This document shows positions 17,956 through 27,704 of a stretch of 64,000 bases of DNA, in pieces. Within the stretch, counting starts at the first letter, position 1. Each line of letters begins with the position of its first letter. Origin of the DNA: an uncultured Candidatus Saccharibacteria bacterium. Lineage in GTDB: Bacteria; Patescibacteriota; Minisyncoccia; Minisyncoccales; CSSED10-335. The stretch is from assembly GCA_964586065.1 (NCBI GenBank), contig CAZPFW010000001.1:131614-195613 (forward strand), read 5' to 3'. The notes under the pieces are model-generated. The model was not told where the DNA came from. It searched no databases and saw nothing but the letters and a program-made list of their open reading frames with translations. The position numbers and the translations under genes are program-made.

Positions 17956-18989
17956 ATCTTCTGTTCTCTTAAATAAGCGGCCGCTTTTTCCGGTTCAATT
18001 GTTGAGATCTCTATACCTACCGCCAACTCAAAACCAGCCCAAATTGAAGTCTTAGGAAGGATGGTCCAATGCCAATGATAGTAAGAATGGTTATTACCAT
18101 TAATTGGCGCAGAGTGAAGATAAAAATTATAAGCGGGATCTCCTAACCCTTTATAAAGCTTCGCCAGAACCACTTTAAAAGCGTCTGCCAGATTTTCTTT
18201 CTCTTTTTCGGTAATTCTTTCAAAATACGAGAGATGTTTCTTGGGAGATATTATTACTTGAAATGCCGTCTTGGATGCAAAAGGACAAAGAGCGATAAAG
18301 TCGTCGTTTTCATAAACTATTCTCTCCTTCTCTTTAATTTCCCATTCGTTCATTTTACAATATATACAATTACCGGTAGTTTTGAATTTTTTTGCTTTTT
18401 CTAAGGCGTTTTCCAAATCAACGTCTATTAGAGGAGTTGTTATAAGCTGGGAATGTGGGTGATATATTGATGCTCCTGCTTCAGACCCGTGATTATGAAA
18501 GATTGAAACATAGCCGACTATGTCTTCTTTGATCAGATCAATATATCTTTGACTATAGACGTCAAATAATTCTTTTATATGCCACTTAGGAAGAAGTGCC
18601 AAAGATTTATCGTGATCTTTTGTAATAATGACTTCGTGAAAACCGATGGCGTTCATCGTTTCAAAAAGTCCGTTACACTTTTTTTTGTTTACCTTCTCTG
18701 AAGGGATAAAAGCGGGATATTTGTTTGGCAAAACAACCGTAGTCCAGTCTTTTGGGAATTTATCACCCTTGTTGTAATTCACCTCTTTACCATTGCTATA
18801 AAAAAGAATCGGCTCTTCTTGGCTCTCTATTTCGCAAAAAGGACATCCTTTCTTGGGAACTCTTTTCTTCTCTTTTTTGTCTTTCTTAAAAGAATCCGGC
18901 CTCCTTGATCTTCCTGTAGCGATAACAACCCAATCTCCGGAGCTGCAATCCAATCTTAATTCTGAAGGAAACTTGTTCTCTTTCTTCAT
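17952..18989 (-). CDS. galactose-1-phosphate uridylyltransferase family (HIT superfamily) nucleotidyltransferase
   Basis: CPFC zinc site, active-site HPHSQL, second half-domain with HWHW. The sugar-nucleotide specificity cannot be read from sequence. Confidence 0.75.
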   Translation of the reverse strand: MKKENKFPSELRLDCSSGDWVVIATGRSRRPDSFKKDKKEKKRVPKKGCPFCEIESQEEPILFYSNGKEVNYNKGDKFPKDWTTVVLPNKYPAFIPSEKVNKKKCNGLFETMNAIGFHEVIITKDHDKSLALLPKWHIKELFDVYSQRYIDLIKEDIVGYVSIFHNHGSEAGASIYHPHSQLITTPLIDVDLENALEKAKKFKTTGNCIYCKMNEWEIKEKERIVYENDDFIALCPFASKTAFQVIISPKKHLSYFERITEKEKENLADAFKVVLAKLYKGLGDPAYNFYLHSAPINGNNHSYYHWHWTILPKTSIWAGFELAVGIEISTIEPEKAAAYLREQKI

Positions 18990-18990
18990 C

Positions 18991-19716
18991 TTACTTGTAA
19001 ACCCCTTTTAATTGATTAAGCCTAACTTGAAAAAGCTCTTTAAAGACTTGCAAATAACCCTTCAAACTAACTTTGCTATCGGGATCATTAACCCAATTAA
19101 CGGGAACAATGCCGATCTTATACCCGAGCATTCTTGATAAGAAGAGTATCTCTATATCAAAGCCCCAACGATCTATCTTCTGCTTGGGAAAAACTGATTC
19201 CGCCAATTGGTCGGTAAAAGCCTTGAATCCGCATTGAGTGTCCCAAATACCGGGTACCGCTATCAACTGAATCAGAAGGTTTCCTATATTTCCGAGCGAT
19301 CTCTTGATAAATGATTGAGGTACGGCTTGTTTGGCTCCGGGAGCATCTTTTGAATCTCTTGTTCCTATGACTATGTTAAAGCCTTCATTAAAAAGCGGCC
19401 ACATCCTCTCTATATGATCTATTGACGTGGAGTTATCAGCATCTGTAAAAAGACGATACTTCCCCTTCGCTTCAAGCATTCCTTGTTTAACAACCCCACC
19501 CTTCCCTTTGTTTTCTTCATTGTCTATAAGTTTGAGTCCTTTAATCTCTGTTGTCATGCCACGAACCACCTCCGCAGTCTTGTCCGTTGAGCCGTCATTT
19601 ACAACTAAAATCTCATAGCTATAATCTTTATCTTTCAGATAAGAACTTATTTCTCTTATCGTTGAGGGAAGTCTTTTTTCTTCGTTGTAAGCCGGAATTA
19701 TAATTGATAGATACAT
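18991..19716 (-). CDS. family-2 glycosyltransferase (polyprenol-phosphate hexosyltransferase-like)
   Basis: LSIIIPAYNEE, VVNDGSTDKT, TDADNS (DxD-like); 241 aa soluble GT-A fold. Confidence 0.75.
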   Translation of the reverse strand: MYLSIIIPAYNEEKRLPSTIREISSYLKDKDYSYEILVVNDGSTDKTAEVVRGMTTEIKGLKLIDNEENKGKGGVVKQGMLEAKGKYRLFTDADNSTSIDHIERMWPLFNEGFNIVIGTRDSKDAPGAKQAVPQSFIKRSLGNIGNLLIQLIAVPGIWDTQCGFKAFTDQLAESVFPKQKIDRWGFDIEILFLSRMLGYKIGIVPVNWVNDPDSKVSLKGYLQVFKELFQVRLNQLKGVYK

Positions 19717-19753
19717 ATTTGAATTATATCATCTTAATTAAAAATAGAAAGCA

Positions 19754-20500
19754 CTACTCCGTCATCACTTCAAAGCCTGAAGATGTAACAGCTATCGTAT
19801 GTTCAAAATGCGCTGAAAGAGATCCGTCTTTTGTTTTAAAAGCAAAACCGTCTTCATCTTTTATAATCTCAGACCCCCCGGCAGACACCATCGGCTCGAT
19901 ACAAAAAACCATCCCCTCTTTTATCTCCGGACCTGATCTCCTCTTACCAAAGTTATGAACCTCCGGAGCTTCATGTAACTCTCTTCCTATTCCATGACCA
20001 CAAAGACCATCAACCACTGAGAACCCTTGAGATTCAACATATCGTTGAATAGTATTTCCGATATCTCCAAAAGTATTACCCGGCCTAACTTTCTTTATCC
20101 CTCTCTTTAACGCTTTCCTTGTGATTCTTACAAGGCGAGCCGCCTCTGAATCTGCCTTATCACCGATTATGAGGGTGGTTGCCATATCGCTATGAAATCC
20201 TTTATAAAGCATTCCGATATCTATGCTGAAGACATCACCTTCTTCTAAAACCCTCTCCGAAGGAACTCCGTGAACAATCTCATCGTTTATTGACGTACAT
20301 ATTGTTGCAGGAAATCCCCCGTAACCCTTAAAGGAAGGCTTTCCTCCATAACCCAAAATCAACTCCTCGGCGAGTCTATTCAGTTGAGCTGTTGTTACTC
20401 CGGACTTTGACTTTTCTTTGAGTTCTTGAAGAGTTTTTGCCAAAAGCTTTGACCCTTCTCTTATGATCTTGAGCTCATCTTGGCTCTTAATCTTTATCAT
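19754..20500 (-). CDS. map: type I methionine aminopeptidase
   Basis: NDEIVHG.P, DIGMLYKGFHSD, GHGIGRELHE.P, CIEPM, FEHT metal-ligand pattern. Confidence 0.95.
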   Translation of the reverse strand: MIKIKSQDELKIIREGSKLLAKTLQELKEKSKSGVTTAQLNRLAEELILGYGGKPSFKGYGGFPATICTSINDEIVHGVPSERVLEEGDVFSIDIGMLYKGFHSDMATTLIIGDKADSEAARLVRITRKALKRGIKKVRPGNTFGDIGNTIQRYVESQGFSVVDGLCGHGIGRELHEAPEVHNFGKRRSGPEIKEGMVFCIEPMVSAGGSEIIKDEDGFAFKTKDGSLSAHFEHTIAVTSSGFEVMTE

Positions 20501-21182
20501 TACCTATAGCTTTCATTACCTGATCAAAAACGCCGGCCGGTGGAACCGCACCGTCAACTTTATTAACCGACACACCCTCTCTTTCAAAAAAATCAATGAG
20601 AGGCAAGGTTCTCTCTTCAAACTCCCTAATTCTGACTTTTATGCTTTCAACATCATCAAGTCCTTCTCTTCTTATTAATCTCGATCCGTCTATCGGACAA
20701 TATTCAAGATTCTTGGTCTCATCGTTGAAGAGAATCGGATGTCTTATCAACTCACAAATTCTTCTATTTGAATTCCTATAGATGGTTTCTTCCGGCGTTA
20801 TATCAAGAAATATGATTTTAATATTCTCGGTCCCGTAAAGGTCTTTCAAACAAGGAAGAACCTTTTCTCCTTCATATAGTGTTCGAGGAGATCCCGAAAA
20901 AACTATTCCTTTGCCTTCTTTGTGAAGTTCTTTTATCTTATCTATAACAAGCTGGGCAACAAACGGAGGGTCACAAAGAAATCCTGTTTGCCAAAGCTTC
21001 TTCTGATCTTTTGTATAAAATTTCTCGCCATCAACTTCAATATATTCATCCTCTTGCAAATCTTTGAATTTTCTTTCCAATATTTTACTTGTTTCAAAAG
21101 AGTGCAAACCAAAAGTTGTGGCAATCAACTCTGACTGAGTTCCTTTACCCGAACCTGGCGGCCCAAATATAATTACAATCAT
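20487..21182 (-). CDS. adk: adenylate kinase
   Basis: P-loop IFGPPGSGKGTQ, canonical position after secY, and a long LID segment with only partial Cys content. Confidence 0.85.
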   Translation of the reverse strand: MIVIIFGPPGSGKGTQSELIATTFGLHSFETSKILERKFKDLQEDEYIEVDGEKFYTKDQKKLWQTGFLCDPPFVAQLVIDKIKELHKEGKGIVFSGSPRTLYEGEKVLPCLKDLYGTENIKIIFLDITPEETIYRNSNRRICELIRHPILFNDETKNLEYCPIDGSRLIRREGLDDVESIKVRIREFEERTLPLIDFFEREGVSVNKVDGAVPPAGVFDQVMKAIGNDKD

Positions 21183-21200
21183 TTTAAAAAGAATTAATTT

Positions 21201-22499
21201 CTAAAAGGTTTCGTAATCTCTCATTTGGAGCTGAGCATTGACTTGTTTTAGCGTTTCAAGAACAACACTCACTATAATCAAAACCGAAGCACCACCTATT
21301 AAGAAACGAAAACCTTCGATCTGCTCACCGGTTATTACTTGAATAAGGCCTTGAATAACCCACGGTAAAACGGCGATAACAGCAAGGAAAAATCCTCCCA
21401 AGAAGAGAGTTCTATTTAAAACATGTGATAAATATTTCACCGTTGGATTGCCCGGTCTAATTCCCGGAATGAAACCTCCCATCTTCTGAAGATTATCTGC
21501 AACATTTTTAGGATCAAAAGTCACGGCGGTATAAAAATATGTAAAAAGAAAAACTAATATAAAGACAAAACTACCCAACACCCAAAGATTACTGAAAAGG
21601 CCAACAACCATAATTGAAACAGAACCAATTACGCCACCAATTCCTGATAAAAATTGCCCTATCATGGAAGGCAAGAAAGCGATAGCAAAAGCAAAAATTA
21701 TCGGAATCACTCCGGCCGGATTAAGATTTAAAGGAAGATAAGTTGAGACTCCCCCATACATTTTTTTCCCCCTTACTCTCTTGGCGTAAGAGACGGGAAT
21801 ATTTCTCCTCGCCTCATTAAAATAGACTACCCCGATAAGAGTGATGACCGCCATTAAAAAGAGTAAAAGGTAAGATTGAATTGCTCCCGGATAATCTACT
21901 ATACTAACAATCATATTTCGAGTATTGTTCGGAAAGTCAGCGATAATTCCCGCGAATATTAAAAGAGAGACTCCGTTACCGATTCCTTTTTGAGTTATCA
22001 ACTCTCCTATCCACATTAAAAGAACCGTCCCAGCGACTATGGTAAACAATGAAACCATCATTCCCATCGGAGACAACGAATCAATCACTCCTTGATTTTG
22101 AAAAAGAGTCATCATTCCAAAGCCCTGAACTAGAGCAAAAGGAATTGTTAAAATCCTTCCATACTGATTTATCTTTTGCCTTCCGGCATCTCCTTCTTCT
22201 TTTTGAAGTCTCTCAAGAGCCGGAATAACCATGGTCATCAATTGCAAGACAATTGTAGCCGTAATGTAGGGTCCGAGCCCAAGCATCACTATGGAGAATT
22301 TATCCAAAGCTCCACCGGTTAATGCGCTGGCAAATTTAAGAATACCCAATGTTTCAAACAACGTCCCCATCCTATCAGGATTTATTCCAGGCATCGGAAT
22401 ATTGGCCATTAATCTAAAAATCGCGAAAGCTCCGAGAACAAAAAGAATTTTGTCTCTCAACTCTTTTACTTTGAATATTTGAATAATCTTATTAATCAT
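21201..22499 (-). CDS. secY: preprotein translocase subunit SecY
   Basis: Ten-TM profile; LGLGPYITATIVLQL, GRQKINQYGR, GGFIPGIRPG. Confidence 0.95.
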   Translation of the reverse strand: MINKIIQIFKVKELRDKILFVLGAFAIFRLMANIPMPGINPDRMGTLFETLGILKFASALTGGALDKFSIVMLGLGPYITATIVLQLMTMVIPALERLQKEEGDAGRQKINQYGRILTIPFALVQGFGMMTLFQNQGVIDSLSPMGMMVSLFTIVAGTVLLMWIGELITQKGIGNGVSLLIFAGIIADFPNNTRNMIVSIVDYPGAIQSYLLLFLMAVITLIGVVYFNEARRNIPVSYAKRVRGKKMYGGVSTYLPLNLNPAGVIPIIFAFAIAFLPSMIGQFLSGIGGVIGSVSIMVVGLFSNLWVLGSFVFILVFLFTYFYTAVTFDPKNVADNLQKMGGFIPGIRPGNPTVKYLSHVLNRTLFLGGFFLAVIAVLPWVIQGLIQVITGEQIEGFRFLIGGASVLIIVSVVLETLKQVNAQLQMRDYETF

Positions 22500-22935
22500 C
22501 GTTCTTCATGACTTTGCCACCCGCTTTCTCAATCTTATTGACAGCTAACTTTGATAAGAGACAACCTTCAACTGTCAACGGTTTATCAATTGACCCATTT
22601 GCCAATATCTTTACCAAAGGAAATTTTCCTTTTTTTGACCTTAATACTTTTTTATCCACAAGAGTTTTGGGTGACACCGTGTCATTTGATTTAAAGTTCT
22701 TCTGAAGATCGGATATCTTAACAATCTCCGCTTTCTCTGAAATCGGATTGAATCTGTATCCTCTAAGCTTGTGATACTTTTTAATTATCTCTCTGATGAC
22801 CGGAGCTTTTTTATGTCCAGCTCTTGAAAGCTGTCCTTTTACACCTCTACCAGAGTAAGCTCCTCTCTTACCTCCGCGCCCCACTCTTTTCTCACTCTTT
22901 AATCTATTTTTTGGTCTTACTTGATGAATCTGCAT
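22492..22935 (-). CDS. rplO: 50S ribosomal protein L15
   Basis: KRVGRGGKRGAYSGRG.KGQ.SR.G; directly follows rpsE with a 32-nt overlap. Confidence 0.95.
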   Translation of the reverse strand: MQIHQVRPKNRLKSEKRVGRGGKRGAYSGRGVKGQLSRAGHKKAPVIREIIKKYHKLRGYRFNPISEKAEIVKISDLQKNFKSNDTVSPKTLVDKKVLRSKKGKFPLVKILANGSIDKPLTVEGCLLSKLAVNKIEKAGGKVMKNDD

Positions 22936-23413
22936 CTTTTTCTTGTGTCTTTACTTTAGGAGCCCTTATCTTTTTTAATGCTAAAATTGTCGCTTTTGCA
23001 TTGTTTAATTTATTAGTACTTCGGGATATATTCTTGGCCGATATGTTCTTTATTCCGGCAAGCTCACATATAAGCTTGGCGGTCCCCCCCGCAACCAATC
23101 CCCTTCCTTTACCTTGCGGTCTCAAAAGAACTTGAGCCGCCTCAAAACGGGCTTCGGATTGATGAGGGATCGTGTCATCGACAATCTGAACATCTATCAT
23201 ATTCTTTTTACCAAGTTTTGTCGCCTTCTCTATTGCTTGACTCACATCAGTGGCTTTGGCTGAAGCAACACCGACTCTGCCTTTCTTATCACCAACTACC
23301 ACCACAGCTCTAAATCTCAGTCGTCTCCCTCCGGCTGTCATTCTCTCCACCCTGCCAAGATCAAGCAGTTTTGACTCTATCTCTTCATTTTTAGTAACTT
23401 CTTTTGCAATCAT
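22904..23413 (-). CDS. rpsE: 30S ribosomal protein S5
   Basis: RVERMTAGGRRLRFRAVVVVGD..GRVG, GRGLVAGG, plus a short Lys-rich tail. Confidence 0.95.
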   Translation of the reverse strand: MIAKEVTKNEEIESKLLDLGRVERMTAGGRRLRFRAVVVVGDKKGRVGVASAKATDVSQAIEKATKLGKKNMIDVQIVDDTIPHQSEARFEAAQVLLRPQGKGRGLVAGGTAKLICELAGIKNISAKNISRSTNKLNNAKATILALKKIRAPKVKTQEKDADSSSKTKK

Positions 23414-23422
23414 AATTAAAAA

Positions 23423-23776
23423 TTAAAACTTTAAGCCTCCTTTTCTCGCCCCTTCCGCTAAAGCTTTTACTCTTCCATGATAAGCATATTGACCTCGATC
23501 AAAGACAACTTCCTCAATCTGCTTCTCTTTAGCCTTTTTGGCTATAAGAAGACCTGTTTGATAAGCATTGAAAAAATTTTTACTCATCTCTTTCGAAGGT
23601 TTTGATTTTTCTATCTTTGAGCTGTCAGCGGCAACTATCGTTTTTCCTTCGTTGGGATCTATAATTTGTGCATAGATCTGATTAATAGATCTAAAAACTG
23701 AGAGTCTGTGCCTTCTCTTGTTGGCAGACAGTTTTGCTCTTACTTTTTTCTTTCTTTTTATCGCCGTTTTTTTCAT
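23423..23776 (-). CDS. rplR: 50S ribosomal protein L18
   Basis: RLSVFRS..IYAQIID, VFDRGQYAYHGRVKALAEGAR.GGLKF. Confidence 0.95.
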   Translation of the reverse strand: MKKTAIKRKKKVRAKLSANKRRHRLSVFRSINQIYAQIIDPNEGKTIVAADSSKIEKSKPSKEMSKNFFNAYQTGLLIAKKAKEKQIEEVVFDRGQYAYHGRVKALAEGARKGGLKF

Positions 23777-23781
23777 ACCTT

Positions 23782-24321
23782 CTATTTTCCAGCTGCTTTT
23801 TTACCAACCTTTCGTTTAATTATCTCACCTTCGTATCTTATACCTTTTCCTTTATAAGGCTCTGGGGGACGCACTCTTCTGATCTCCGCTGCCGTGTGAT
23901 TCACCTTTTGCTTGTCTATTCCCGAGACAGATATTACATTTTTATCAACCGACAAAGTGATTCCGTCTTCCGGTGCCACCCTAACCGGATGGGAGAAACC
24001 GATCTGAAACACTAAATCATTACCCTCGGAAACGGCTCTGTAACCAACGCCTTCCAATTGAAGCCTTTTAGTATATCCTTCGGTTACCCCTATTATCATG
24101 TTATTAACTAAAGTTCTCGTCAGGCCCCAAAAAGAATTGTTTCTCTTGTTCTCTTTTACTGGCTGGAAAAATATTTGATTATCTTTAATCTCAAGAACTA
24201 TCTCTGATCTTAATTCTTCTTTGAGCTCTCCTTTGGGCCCTTTGACCGTAACCTCATTTCCATCGATCTTGACATCGACTCCCGAAGGTATTGTTATTGG
24301 TTTTCTTCCTATTCTTGACAT
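23782..24321 (-). CDS. rplF: 50S ribosomal protein L6
   Basis: MSRIGRKPI.IP.GV, VKGPKGEL, GVGYRA, IGFSHPV, PEPYKGKGIRY. Confidence 0.95.
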   Translation of the reverse strand: MSRIGRKPITIPSGVDVKIDGNEVTVKGPKGELKEELRSEIVLEIKDNQIFFQPVKENKRNNSFWGLTRTLVNNMIIGVTEGYTKRLQLEGVGYRAVSEGNDLVFQIGFSHPVRVAPEDGITLSVDKNVISVSGIDKQKVNHTAAEIRRVRPPEPYKGKGIRYEGEIIKRKVGKKAAGK

Positions 24322-24322
24322 C

Positions 24323-24718
24323 TTAAAAAATCTCTATTAAAACTTCTCCTCCGAGTTTTGCTCTTCTTGCTTCATAGTTGGTCATCAATCCTTTTGAAGT
24401 CGATATTATCGACATTCCCGCCCCGTCTCTTACCTTCTTTATCTTGTCAAATGAAGCATAGATTCTCTGTCCGGGAGTTGAAACCCTATTAACGCTCATT
24501 ATAAAGGGGCTTCCATCTTCTTGATATTTCAATTCAATTTCCAAAATCTTACCGACCTTCTTCCCTTTCTTCTCAACCTTCCCAATCCACCCTTTTGCCT
24601 CCAACACTTTAGCTATCTCATACTTTAAACTGGAAAAAGGCATCCTGATCGTCTTTTTGGAGACGACTTGAGCTGTCTTTATTCTGTTTATCATGTCTGC
24701 GATTGGATCTGTATTCAT
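24323..24718 (-). CDS. rpsH: 30S ribosomal protein S8
   Basis: DPIADMINRIKTA, SKGLMTNYEARRAKLGGEVL..I. Confidence 0.95.
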   Translation of the reverse strand: MNTDPIADMINRIKTAQVVSKKTIRMPFSSLKYEIAKVLEAKGWIGKVEKKGKKVGKILEIELKYQEDGSPFIMSVNRVSTPGQRIYASFDKIKKVRDGAGMSIISTSKGLMTNYEARRAKLGGEVLIEIF

Positions 24719-24721
24719 CTT

Positions 24722-24907
24722 TTACCAACTTGATTTTTTAACTCCGGGAATAAGACCTTTATTTGCCTTCTCTCTAAAACATATTCTACAAAGATTAAAA
24801 TCTCTCATATAACCTCTACTTCTCCCACACTTAAAACATCTGTTGTTTGTTCTTGTAGAGAATTTTGGAGTATTTTTCGATTTTGCTATCTTTGATTTCT
24901 TTGCCAT
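24722..24907 (-). CDS. rpsN: 30S ribosomal protein S14, zinc-binding type Z
   Basis: 61 aa; [10 protein letters not shown]...LCRICFRE four-Cys motif. Confidence 0.95.
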   Translation of the reverse strand: MAKKSKIAKSKNTPKFSTRTNNRCFKCGRSRGYMRDFNLCRICFREKANKGLIPGVKKSSW

Positions 24908-24912
24908 AAAAC

Positions 24913-25473
24913 TTATTCTGGTTTAATTGGAAATCCCAATAATCTCATCAATTCCACTCCTTCCTCTTTAGTCGAGGCGGTCGTTCTGATTGTTATCTGA
25001 AATCCAAATATGTTTCTTATCTTATCAACTGATACTTCAGGAAATATTATCTGTTCTTTGATGCCGATGGACATATTCCCCTCATCATCAAATGATTTAT
25101 TATTCAAACCTCTGAAATCTCTTGATCTAGGCAATGCTACATGGATCAATCTGTTAAGAAAATCATACATTCTTTTACCTCTCAACGTAACTTTTGCTCC
25201 TATTACATTGCCTTCTCTTAATTTGAACCCAGCAATTGACTTCTTGGCCTGTCTCATCGAAGGCTTTTGTCCGGTGATAGCTGCCAAATCATCAGTAATT
25301 CCAGAGATAAATTTTCTAAGCTCTTCTCCACTCTTGGCGATCGCATCTCTGCCAAACCCGATGTTAATCACAACTTTATCTATTTTTGGAGCTTGGTTTC
25401 TGTTTTTATACCCGAATCTTTCCATCATCGCCGAAACCACCTCTTGATTATATTTTTCTTTAATCCCGGTCAT
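24913..25473 (-). CDS. rplE: 50S ribosomal protein L5
   Basis: [15 protein letters not shown]...AKKSIA.FKLREG..IG.KVTLRG, RDFRGL, FPE. Confidence 0.95.
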   Translation of the reverse strand: MTGIKEKYNQEVVSAMMERFGYKNRNQAPKIDKVVINIGFGRDAIAKSGEELRKFISGITDDLAAITGQKPSMRQAKKSIAGFKLREGNVIGAKVTLRGKRMYDFLNRLIHVALPRSRDFRGLNNKSFDDEGNMSIGIKEQIIFPEVSVDKIRNIFGFQITIRTTASTKEEGVELMRLLGFPIKPE

Positions 25474-25475
25474 CG

Positions 25476-25790
25476 TTATAATTCTACCTTACACTTTTTA
25501 CAAATCCTCACTTTCTTATCATCTTTAAAAAGATAACCGACTCTGACGGCCTTTTGACATTTGGGACAGAAAATCATTGCGTTGGAAACGTCAATCGGGG
25601 CCGGAAACTCCACTATCTGACCCTTTTCACCTCCTTTCCTTGCCTTAACACTCTTCTTTCTAAGATTCACGTTTTCTATTACAATCCTCTTACTAAAAGG
25701 AAGGGCTTGAAGAATTTTTCCTTTCTTACCCTTGTCTTTTCCGGCTATTACCATTACTATGTCTCCTTTTTTTATCTTCATGATACTCAA
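25476..25790 (-). CDS. rplX: 50S ribosomal protein L24 with C-terminal CxxC...CxxC motif
   Basis: KIKKGDIVMVIAGKDKGKKGKIL (KOW) and C-terminal CPKC...CKKC. Confidence 0.9.
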   Translation of the reverse strand: MSIMKIKKGDIVMVIAGKDKGKKGKILQALPFSKRIVIENVNLRKKSVKARKGGEKGQIVEFPAPIDVSNAMIFCPKCQKAVRVGYLFKDDKKVRICKKCKVEL

Positions 25791-25813
25791 AGATACTAAC
25801 AGAATTTTACTTC

Positions 25814-26185
25814 TTATACAAGCTCTCTCGATATGCCAATTATCTTATCAAACCCTTTCTCTCTCAATTCTCTTGGAATGGGCCCAAAAACTCTTCCACC
25901 TTTTGGGCTCTTGGTTTGACCATCCAAAATCACAGCCGCATTTTCATCAAATCTGATATATGATCCATCAGATCTTCTGTAAGCTTTCTTTTGTCTAACC
26001 ACAACAGCTCTGACCACATCGTGCTTTTTTACGGGCTTTCTCGGCTCAGCCTCTTTTACAGCAGCAACCACAACATCGCCTATTTGAGCATACCTCCTCT
26101 TGCTTCCGCCTAAAACTTTAAAACACTGGATCATTTTTGCTCCGGAATTATCAGCTACCTTTAACATTGTTTGTGGTTGAATCAT
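25814..26185 (-). CDS. rplN: 50S ribosomal protein L14
   Basis: [17 protein letters not shown]...; FGPIPRELR; 123 aa. Confidence 0.95.
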   Translation of the reverse strand: MIQPQTMLKVADNSGAKMIQCFKVLGGSKRRYAQIGDVVVAAVKEAEPRKPVKKHDVVRAVVVRQKKAYRRSDGSYIRFDENAAVILDGQTKSPKGGRVFGPIPRELREKGFDKIIGISRELV

Positions 26186-26191
26186 AAAATA

Positions 26192-26437
26192 TTATTCTTC
26201 TTTTTCATTAGAATCTATTACTCTCCATCTTTTATCCCTGCTCAAAGGCCTAGTCTCTTCAATCGTAACCGAATCACCTTCCTTATTCTTATTACTCTCG
26301 TCATGAGCTTTATATCGAGTGGATATTTTATATCTTTTTTTATACTTTGGGTGTTCTTTAAATCGATCAACATTAACTACAACGGTCTTATCCATCTTAT
26401 CAGACACTACGGTACCTTTTAATCTTCGTCTTGGCAT
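26192..26437 (-). CDS. rpsQ: 30S ribosomal protein S17
   Basis: [27 protein letters not shown]....GD.V.I.E.RPLS..K. Confidence 0.95.
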   Translation of the reverse strand: MPRRRLKGTVVSDKMDKTVVVNVDRFKEHPKYKKRYKISTRYKAHDESNKNKEGDSVTIEETRPLSRDKRWRVIDSNEKEE

Positions 26438-26438
26438 A

Positions 26439-26627
26439 TTATTCTTCTTTTTCTTTTAAAATAGTTAATATTTTTGCGATTTCCCTCTTTATCTTATTCA
26501 AAGCTTTTACATCTTTAATCTTATGAGAGGCGATGTCAAATCTGATCCTTCTTGCTTCTTCTCTCTTGTTTATTAAAAGATTCTCAAGGTCTAATTTTGA
26601 TTTTGTTCTTATTTCCGAGATCTTCAT
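26439..26627 (-). CDS. rpmC: 50S ribosomal protein L29
   Basis: 62 aa helical hairpin; position between rplP and rpsQ; ...REIAKILT. Confidence 0.9.
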   Translation of the reverse strand: MKISEIRTKSKLDLENLLINKREEARRIRFDIASHKIKDVKALNKIKREIAKILTILKEKEE

Positions 26628-26631
26628 ATAT

Positions 26632-27042
26632 CTATCTCATTACAAATTTTGTTTTAATCGGAAGTTTGTCGGCGGCTTTTCTTAGCGCTTCTCTTGCATC
26701 CTCCTCTTTTATTCCTTCAATCTCAAAAAGAATCCTTCCCGGTTTGATTGGAACAACATAATGATCCACCGAACCTTTACCTCCGCCCATTGGGACTTCG
26801 TTTCCCTTGTGAGTTACCGGCTTATCAGGAAAAACCCTTATCCAAAGTTTTCCTCCTTTTCTTAAGTATCTGATAATCGCTCTGCGAGAGGCTTCAATTT
26901 GGCGTGATGTAACCCAACGCGTCCCCATACTCTTTAATCCATAAGTTCCAAAATTCAACTCGTTTCCCCTTCGAGCAACGCCGCGACTCCTTCCTCTGAA
27001 GGATTTTCGGTGCTTAACTTTTCTTGGCATCATTAATGACAT
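26632..27042 (-). CDS. rplP: 50S ribosomal protein L16
   Basis: MPRKVKHRK.FRGR, ITSRQIEA.RRAI.R, K.WIRVFPD.P.T.K, RMG.GKG. Confidence 0.95.
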   Translation of the reverse strand: MSLMMPRKVKHRKSFRGRSRGVARRGNELNFGTYGLKSMGTRWVTSRQIEASRRAIIRYLRKGGKLWIRVFPDKPVTHKGNEVPMGGGKGSVDHYVVPIKPGRILFEIEGIKEEDAREALRKAADKLPIKTKFVMR

Positions 27043-27045
27043 ATC

Positions 27046-27702
27046 TTAGTCAAACTTATCTCCTTTATAAATCCAAACTTTTATTCCGATCGTTCCGTAA
27101 GAACAAACAGCTATATTTTGGTGGTAATCTATATCGGCCCTTATCGTTTGTCTCGGGAGCCGCCCTTTTTGAACCCATTCGCGTCTTGCAATCTCAACTC
27201 CGTCAAGTCTCCCTGAAAGTTCGACTCGAGCTCCGATTATCTCTTTATTACTCATTATCTTATCTATCGCCTGCTTTAAAACTCTCTTATGACGAACTCT
27301 TCTTTTAAGTTGTTCTGCAATCCAATCCGACGAAAGAACCGCCGATGTCCATGGGTTTCTTACCTCTTTTATCTCAATATTCAATTCTCCGGGCACTATC
27401 TTCTTAGAAAATCTCCTCTCAATCTTTTTAATCAGATCTTTTTTAAGTCTCTCGATTCCCTCTCCGCCTCTGCCGATTATCAATCCGGGTCTAGAACTAA
27501 AAACCAATATGTTTATCTTTCGAGTGAATCTTTCTATCTCTATCTTCTCAACTCCCATCTTATCCAGCTTCTTGTTTAAAAAATTTCTTATCTCAAAATC
27601 CTCCTCCAGAAGTTTCGGAAGATCCTTTTGGTAGAACCCGCGAGAAACCCAATCCTCCGTGGTTCTTATTCTGTAACTTTTTGGATGTACTTTATGAGAC
27701 AT
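27046..27702 (-). CDS. rpsC: 30S ribosomal protein S3
   Basis: SHKVHP...R, KH domain with IIGRGGEGIERLK, C-terminal GRL.G.EIAR.EW..GR.P..T.RA.IDY. Confidence 0.95.
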   Translation of the reverse strand: MSHKVHPKSYRIRTTEDWVSRGFYQKDLPKLLEEDFEIRNFLNKKLDKMGVEKIEIERFTRKINILVFSSRPGLIIGRGGEGIERLKKDLIKKIERRFSKKIVPGELNIEIKEVRNPWTSAVLSSDWIAEQLKRRVRHKRVLKQAIDKIMSNKEIIGARVELSGRLDGVEIARREWVQKGRLPRQTIRADIDYHQNIAVCSYGTIGIKVWIYKGDKFD

Positions 27703-27704
27703 GA

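Noticed and set aside
25010-25447. 145-aa plus-strand ORF
   Set aside because: It is antisense to rplE and has no recognisable motif. This is a typical shadow ORF in an AT-rich genome.
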